A DNA stretch of 64,000 nucleotides from an uncultured Pseudohongiella sp. (GTDB lineage Bacteria; Pseudomonadota; Gammaproteobacteria; Pseudomonadales; Pseudohongiellaceae), in assembly GCA_965230125.1 (NCBI GenBank), contig OZ245938.1, positions 1,613,535 to 1,677,534 on the forward strand. The letters run 5' to 3'. Under the pieces are notes generated by a model. That model did not search any database and was not told the DNA's origin. It was given only the letters and a program-made list of their open reading frames with translations. The position numbers and the translations under genes were made by a program. Shown in pieces: positions 59,373 through 64,000 of the stretch. Position 1 is the stretch's first letter. The number at the start of each line of letters is the position of its first letter.

Positions 59373-60419
59373 ATGGTCATGTATCAGATGCAACAGCAGA
59401 AGAACGATAAAGTCGATTCGCAACCCGGTATGGGTAACGCCGAACAACCATTTGTGTTTGTTGATCCGGAAAGTGCGCGACTATTTTCGCTGGCCACTCG
59501 TGTCGCGGCTACCAATGTGCCGGTGTTGGTGGCCGGACCTACCGGCGCTGGCAAAGAAATAGTTGCCAAGGTTGTCCACGAGGCTTCGCCACGGGCCAGC
59601 GGCCCCTTCGTTGCGGTTAATGCCGCTGCTGTGCCAGGGAGTCTTGCCGAGGCACTGTTCTTCGGTCATGAGAAAGGTGCGTTTACCGGCGCCCAGGCGG
59701 CCAGCCCCGGATATTTTGAGCAGGCTCATGGTGGCACCTTGTTTCTGGACGAGATTGGCGAGATGCCGCTGGATTTGCAGCCGAAAATTTTGCGCGTGCT
59801 GCAAGACAAGAAGGTCACTCGCATCGGCAGCACGCGTTCAATTGATGTGGACGTGCGGATTGTGGCCGCGACCAATGTTGATCTGCGCAAAGAACTGGCG
59901 GACGGGCGGTTTCGGGAAGATCTGTATTACCGACTAAGCGCATTCCGACTCTCTGTGTCACCACTGGCTGCCCGACCTCTTGATATCAAGCCCCTGAGTC
60001 TGTTGATGCTACAAAAATACGGTTCTGGGGGGCGACACTCAGGGTTTACCGCCACGGCTATGAACAAACTGCTTGGCCACAGTTGGCCTGGCAATGTTCG
60101 GGAACTGGAGAATGTGATTGCCCGGGCGATTGTGCTCGCTGAGGACCACCAAATCGGCGTCGACGCCATTGTGTTCGACGACGAGGAGTTAGGCGCGGCA
60201 TCGGTGGTCGCCGTTAAGGAGGCGCGACCCGAACGCCAGCAGATTGCGCTGGACCCTTGTGCCAGTGCCGAGGCCAATAGCATCGTGACCGCAATGCAGC
60301 AGGCCCGTAATCGGAAAGAAGCCGCGAGCCGGCTGGGCATTAGCACCCGGACTCTGCGCCACAAGCTGCAGCAGTTGCGCAGCAGTGGATTTGATGTGCC
60401 CAAGGCCTATTCACGCTAA
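59373..60419 (+). CDS. sigma54-dependent enhancer-binding protein without receiver domain (AAA+ plus HTH only)
   Basis: Walker [15 protein letters not shown], Walker [29 protein letters not shown], and a C-terminal Fis-type [23 protein letters not shown]. Only about 35 aa precede the AAA+ core. The stop is 14 bp before fliE. Confidence 0.85.
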   Translation: MVMYQMQQQKNDKVDSQPGMGNAEQPFVFVDPESARLFSLATRVAATNVPVLVAGPTGAGKEIVAKVVHEASPRASGPFVAVNAAAVPGSLAEALFFGHEKGAFTGAQAASPGYFEQAHGGTLFLDEIGEMPLDLQPKILRVLQDKKVTRIGSTRSIDVDVRIVAATNVDLRKELADGRFREDLYYRLSAFRLSVSPLAARPLDIKPLSLLMLQKYGSGGRHSGFTATAMNKLLGHSWPGNVRELENVIARAIVLAEDHQIGVDAIVFDDEELGAASVVAVKEARPERQQIALDPCASAEANSIVTAMQQARNRKEAASRLGISTRTLRHKLQQLRSSGFDVPKAYSR

Positions 60420-60433
60420 GCGGAGGACTGACC

Positions 60434-60784
60434 ATGAACAGCAGTGCTATTCAGCAAAGCAACGAGCTCCTGTCACAGATCCGCGCCTATCAGGACCGTA
60501 TAGGGGAGCAGCGGCCAGCGGAACTGGACCAGGCCGGTGGTATCGCCACCGACAAAGCATTCAATACCCGTATGATTGAGGCGATGAAAACCTCTATCAA
60601 CGAGGTCAACAGCCTGCAGGCGAATTCGGCCGACATGATCGCCCGCTACGAGTCTGGCGAGGACGTGCCGCTTACCGAAGTCGTGCTGGCTATGCAGAAG
60701 TCTTCTCTGGCCTTTGAAGCCACTGTGCAGGTCCGCAACAAGGTCATCAAAGCCTACGAAGACATCATGAATATGCCGGTGTAA
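60434..60784 (+). CDS. fliE: flagellar hook-basal body protein FliE
   Basis: C-terminus LTEVVLAMQKSSLAFEATVQVRNKVIKAYEDIMNMPV is the FliE signature. Confidence 0.9.
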   Translation: MNSSAIQQSNELLSQIRAYQDRIGEQRPAELDQAGGIATDKAFNTRMIEAMKTSINEVNSLQANSADMIARYESGEDVPLTEVVLAMQKSSLAFEATVQVRNKVIKAYEDIMNMPV

Positions 60785-60805
60785 TGCCGCGAGAGACAAC
60801 CAGCT

Positions 60806-62605
60806 ATGGAAGCAATACAGGACAACAGCATGGCTTTTCAGCCGGCCCCGCTGGAAAAGCCAGCCTCGACGCCGGCGCCGGCCAGCGACGGCAATACTGG
60901 TGAGGCTAATTTGCCGGCCAAAGCGCCTTCGGAAGGGGCGTTTCCGAGCGTCACTGAAATAGTCTCCCAACCACTGGTCAGGAAATCATTGCCAGCCATT
61001 CTGGCTGTGCTGGTACTGGCTGGGTTCGCGCTGGTGTTTCTCTGGATAGATGACGGTGAGTTCCGCGCGCTGTATCCGGGGATGTCCGACCTTGATCGGG
61101 GCGAGGCTTATGAGGCTCTGATTGCAGCAGGTATCAATGCGCGCATTGACAGCGCAAGCGGATCTATTACCGTCCCGCTGGACCGCTACTACGAGGCACG
61201 GATGGCGCTTGCATCCGCTGGCTTGCCTCGTGAGGCTTCCAGCAGCGCCATGGATTATTTCAATAATCAAAGTTCCATGACTACCAGTCAGTTTATGGAG
61301 CAGGCAAGGTATGGGGCGGTCATCGAAAATGAGCTGGTCAAGAGTATTGCCCAGATTTCTTCGATTCAATCGGCGCGGGTGCATCTTGCTACCCCCCGGC
61401 AAAGCGCATTCATTCGCAACCGAACGCCGACCAAGGCATCAGTGGTGGTAGTGCCATATGCAGGTCGCAGCATAAGTCCCGGCCAGGTCCAGGCCATCAC
61501 GCACCTGGTTGCCTCCAGCGTGCCGTATTTGTCCGCCAGTGATGTGTCAGTGGTAAACCAGCAGGGAGATCTACTCACCAATACCATGTCACCTTTGCTG
61601 AACGAAGCCTCCATGCAGACCAATTTCGAGCGAACCGTGGAGGAAAACTACCGCGAGCGCGTGGAAAGCCTGCTGGCGCCGATGGTCGGAATGGACAATG
61701 TACGTGCCGACGTCGACGTGATTCTTGATTTCACGGAGCTTGAAACCACCGTTGAGGAATATGACCAGAACGATCAGGGACCACAGACCCGGTCCGAGGT
61801 GCTGATAGAAGACCGCACTGAAACCCTGACCGCTGCCGGTGTGCCGGGCGCGCCCACGAATGTGGCACCGGAGAACACTGACCTGGCGGAAGCCAATACT
61901 GCCGACCTGGGCGTCGAGGGTGGCACCGATAGCGGCGTGCGCAGTTCGCGGACAACCCGCAATTACGAGTTGGACCGCTCGATTCGGTATGTGCGTAACC
62001 AGCCCGGCAGTTTGACCCGATTGTCCATTGCCGTGGTAATCAACGAACAGGCCTTTGCTGATTCTGAAGGCGAGGGCGGTGAGCCAGCCGCGGATATTGA
62101 TCAGCGTCGCACCGAGATGACCGAACTGGTGCGTGCCGCGGTGGGCTTTGATGCTAATCGCGGTGACTCGGTCACGGTGATCAGCGCGCCGTTCCGTCCT
62201 GAACAGGAAATTCGCACTGTTACTCCCTGGTATGAAGACCCGGCCATTTTGTCTTTGATCAAGTATGGATCCGGGCTTTCCGCATTCCTGATTCTTGCGC
62301 TTTTTGTACTTCGACCCGTGATCAAGCTGTATCTGCCGGAGAAAGAGAATGAGGCTGAAGAAAGAGCCAAAGCACTGGCTGACGGGGAACTGTCAGAAGA
62401 GGAACTGCAGATGATTAGCCTGGGTGAGGGTGAGTCTCTGGAAGAAATCAAGTCCAAGCTCAAACCGAAGAAATCCACTATCTCTGCTGACATGCTCGAT
62501 ACTGCCAATACCTATGACGACAAGGTAGCCCTGATCAGGCTGCTGGTGGCAGAGGACTCCGGTCGCGTGGCGAATGTGCTGAAGAAGATGATTAAACCAG
62601 TTTAG
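60806..62605 (+). CDS. fliF: flagellar MS-ring protein FliF
   Basis: A 599-aa protein with an N-terminal TM, YARMALASAGLP, ELVKSIAQISSIQSARVHLATPRQSAFIR and a second TM near the C-terminus. Confidence 0.95.
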   Translation: MEAIQDNSMAFQPAPLEKPASTPAPASDGNTGEANLPAKAPSEGAFPSVTEIVSQPLVRKSLPAILAVLVLAGFALVFLWIDDGEFRALYPGMSDLDRGEAYEALIAAGINARIDSASGSITVPLDRYYEARMALASAGLPREASSSAMDYFNNQSSMTTSQFMEQARYGAVIENELVKSIAQISSIQSARVHLATPRQSAFIRNRTPTKASVVVVPYAGRSISPGQVQAITHLVASSVPYLSASDVSVVNQQGDLLTNTMSPLLNEASMQTNFERTVEENYRERVESLLAPMVGMDNVRADVDVILDFTELETTVEEYDQNDQGPQTRSEVLIEDRTETLTAAGVPGAPTNVAPENTDLAEANTADLGVEGGTDSGVRSSRTTRNYELDRSIRYVRNQPGSLTRLSIAVVINEQAFADSEGEGGEPAADIDQRRTEMTELVRAAVGFDANRGDSVTVISAPFRPEQEIRTVTPWYEDPAILSLIKYGSGLSAFLILALFVLRPVIKLYLPEKENEAEERAKALADGELSEEELQMISLGEGESLEEIKSKLKPKKSTISADMLDTANTYDDKVALIRLLVAEDSGRVANVLKKMIKPV

Positions 62606-62623
62606 GAATGAGGCGAACAGATC

Positions 62624-63694
62624 ATGGCTGAAGAAGCGAATATCGATCTTCCGACGGCACCGGAGGAGAAAGAACTTCCGGAAAATGTAAAGCAGGAACT
62701 GGAAGTGATGACCGACACCGAACGGGCCGCGGTCATAATGTTGTTGCTTGGTGAACAGCAGGCCGCAGACATTATCAAGTTTTTGTCGCCCCGTGAAGTC
62801 CAGGCACTGGGCGCCAGCATGGTCGGGGTTGCCGATTTGTCCCAGGAGACAGTCAATGTGGTACTGGACGATTTTGTTGCGACCATTAAAAAACAGACAA
62901 ATCTTGGCCTTGGTACTGTCGACTACGTGGAGAGCGTGTTCAAACGTGCGCTTGGTGACGAGAAGGCGGCTACTGTTCTTGGTCGGATCATGCCGGGTTC
63001 ATCCAGCAAGGGGCTGGAAATTCTGCGCTGGATGGACGCGCGATCGATTGGCGAGATGATTCAGGACGAACATCCTCAGGTCATCGCCATCATTTTGTCG
63101 GTCCTTGAATACGACGTTGCAGCCGACGTGCTGAATTTTCTTGAACCAGAAATTCGTCCGGGAGTTATCCAGCGCGTCGCCATGCTGGATACAGTGCAGC
63201 CATCCGCCATGGAAGAGCTGGAGTCAATTATGAAACAACAGTTCACTAACAGCTCGTCCGCCAAGTCGTCCAATTTTGGTGGTATCAAGGCGGCGGCAAA
63301 GATCATGAACTTCACCAAGGTTGAGCTGGAAAGCAAGATCATGGAAGGGGTAACTGAAAAAGATGAAGAGCTGGCGCTCAAGATTCAGGACAATATGTTC
63401 ACGTTTGAGAACCTGTCCGCCCTCGATAATCGCAGTATTCAGACGCTGATGCGAAGTATTGAAAACGATATGTTGATGACTGCTCTGAAAGCCGCTGATG
63501 AAACTGTCAAGGACAAGTTCCTGGATAACATGTCGCAACGTGCGAAAGTCATGTTCCTTGACGAGATGGAAGCGAAGGGGCCGATCCGCATTACCGATGT
63601 CGAGGATGCCCAGAAAAACATTATGCGCATAGCGCGTAAGCTTTCTGACAAGGGTGAAATTGTGCTGGCCGGTCGAGGTGATGATTTTGTCTGA
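62624..63694 (+). CDS. fliG: flagellar rotor switch protein FliG
   Basis: ERAAVIMLLLGEQQAADIIKFL, EHPQVIAIILSVLE, and MFTFENLSALDNRSIQTLMRSI...MSQRAKVMFLDEME. Confidence 0.95.
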   Translation: MAEEANIDLPTAPEEKELPENVKQELEVMTDTERAAVIMLLLGEQQAADIIKFLSPREVQALGASMVGVADLSQETVNVVLDDFVATIKKQTNLGLGTVDYVESVFKRALGDEKAATVLGRIMPGSSSKGLEILRWMDARSIGEMIQDEHPQVIAIILSVLEYDVAADVLNFLEPEIRPGVIQRVAMLDTVQPSAMEELESIMKQQFTNSSSAKSSNFGGIKAAAKIMNFTKVELESKIMEGVTEKDEELALKIQDNMFTFENLSALDNRSIQTLMRSIENDMLMTALKAADETVKDKFLDNMSQRAKVMFLDEMEAKGPIRITDVEDAQKNIMRIARKLSDKGEIVLAGRGDDFV

Positions 63695-64000
63695 GCCATT
63701 GTCTAGTGTTGACTGGAAGCTCAATGAACTGCTGGCAGCAGACCGGCGGGCGCGTGAGTATGCTCAGCATTCCGGCCAGCAGGAGATGACCGAGCAGAAG
63801 CCCTTCGCCCCCTGGGAGCCACGCGCGCTTAATGCTGACATTGCAGACCATACCCAGGACAAGGTGGATGCGGAAGCTGACCCGCTGGTCGCCGAAGGTG
63901 AGCCCGAGCCGGCGGATCAGCCCGATGATCAAGACCATGAACACTTTGGACCTGAGCCAGATTTTGACGCCATGCTCGCCGACGCCCGCAGTGCGGGTGA
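63681..64000 (+). CDS. fliH: probable FliH (flagellar export ATPase regulator), 5' part only
   Basis: ATG 63681 overlaps the fliG end by 14 nt and the frame stays open to the window edge (MILSEPLSSVDWKLNELLAADRRAREYAQ..., acidic). The call rests mainly on fliEFGH synteny. Confidence 0.55.
   Translation, partial: MILSEPLSSVDWKLNELLAADRRAREYAQHSGQQEMTEQKPFAPWEPRALNADIADHTQDKVDAEADPLVAEGEPEPADQPDDQDHEHFGPEPDFDAMLADARSAG

Noticed and set aside
1-64000. Search by eye for CRISPR arrays, IS elements or inverted terminal repeats, integrases, tRNA/rRNA genes, toxin-antitoxin pairs or defence systems.
   Set aside because: No regularly spaced repeats, no transposase-, integrase- or nuclease-like ORFs and no tRNA-like structures were noticed. 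All large ORFs are accounted for by transport, envelope or flagellar functions.

Overview
Chromosomal segment of about 58-60% GC by eye. It is most likely from a marine gammaproteobacterium; that is an inference from gene content such as PomAB-type stator, FlhF/FleN and TAXI-TRAP genes. No rRNA, tRNA, CRISPR array, transposase, integrase or phage gene was seen.

Positions 1-20.5 kb carry transport and envelope genes. These are the 3' end of a SulP permease, a CaCA cation/Ca2+ antiporter and a TAXI-type TRAP transporter. Next comes a tightly coupled minus-strand operon: M16 peptidase, ABC ATPase, ABC-2 permease, double-PDZ lipoprotein, two FG-GAP/VCBS propeller proteins and a small membrane protein. 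It is divergent from a TolC / membrane-fusion / MacB-type tripartite exporter.

Positions 20.5-64 kb are one large polar-flagellum regulon:
- flhA-flhF-fleN-fliA, followed by four uncharacterised genes including a bactofilin. This block looks lower in GC than its surroundings.
- An operon encoding FlgP-like, possible FlgT-like, LysM/FimV-like and FliK-like proteins plus an FlhB C-terminal-domain-only protein.
- flgNMA on the minus strand, opposite flgBCDEFGHIJKL-fliD on the plus strand.
- pomA followed by two pomB paralogs.
- A Sel1-repeat protein (MotX candidate) with a ClC channel.
- flaG-fliC, then fliS.
- Two sigma54 enhancer-binding proteins that lack any N-terminal regulatory domain; the first is frameshifted.
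- fliEFG and the start of fliH.

I could read three sigma54 -24/-12 elements and four promoters with a shared, non-canonical sigma28-like signature (TAAAG-N15-GTCGAA).

The most interesting candidates are:
- the uncharacterised M16 / ABC-2 / PDZ / FG-GAP operon;
- the single PomA with two PomB paralogs;
- the pair of domainless activators arranged like a FleQ/FleT hierarchy, with a frameshift in the upstream one;
- the genes translationally coupled to fliA;
- the roughly 970-aa FlgE and FlgK.

All family assignments come from motif recognition by eye. No database search was run. Start codons are my choices and several are uncertain.
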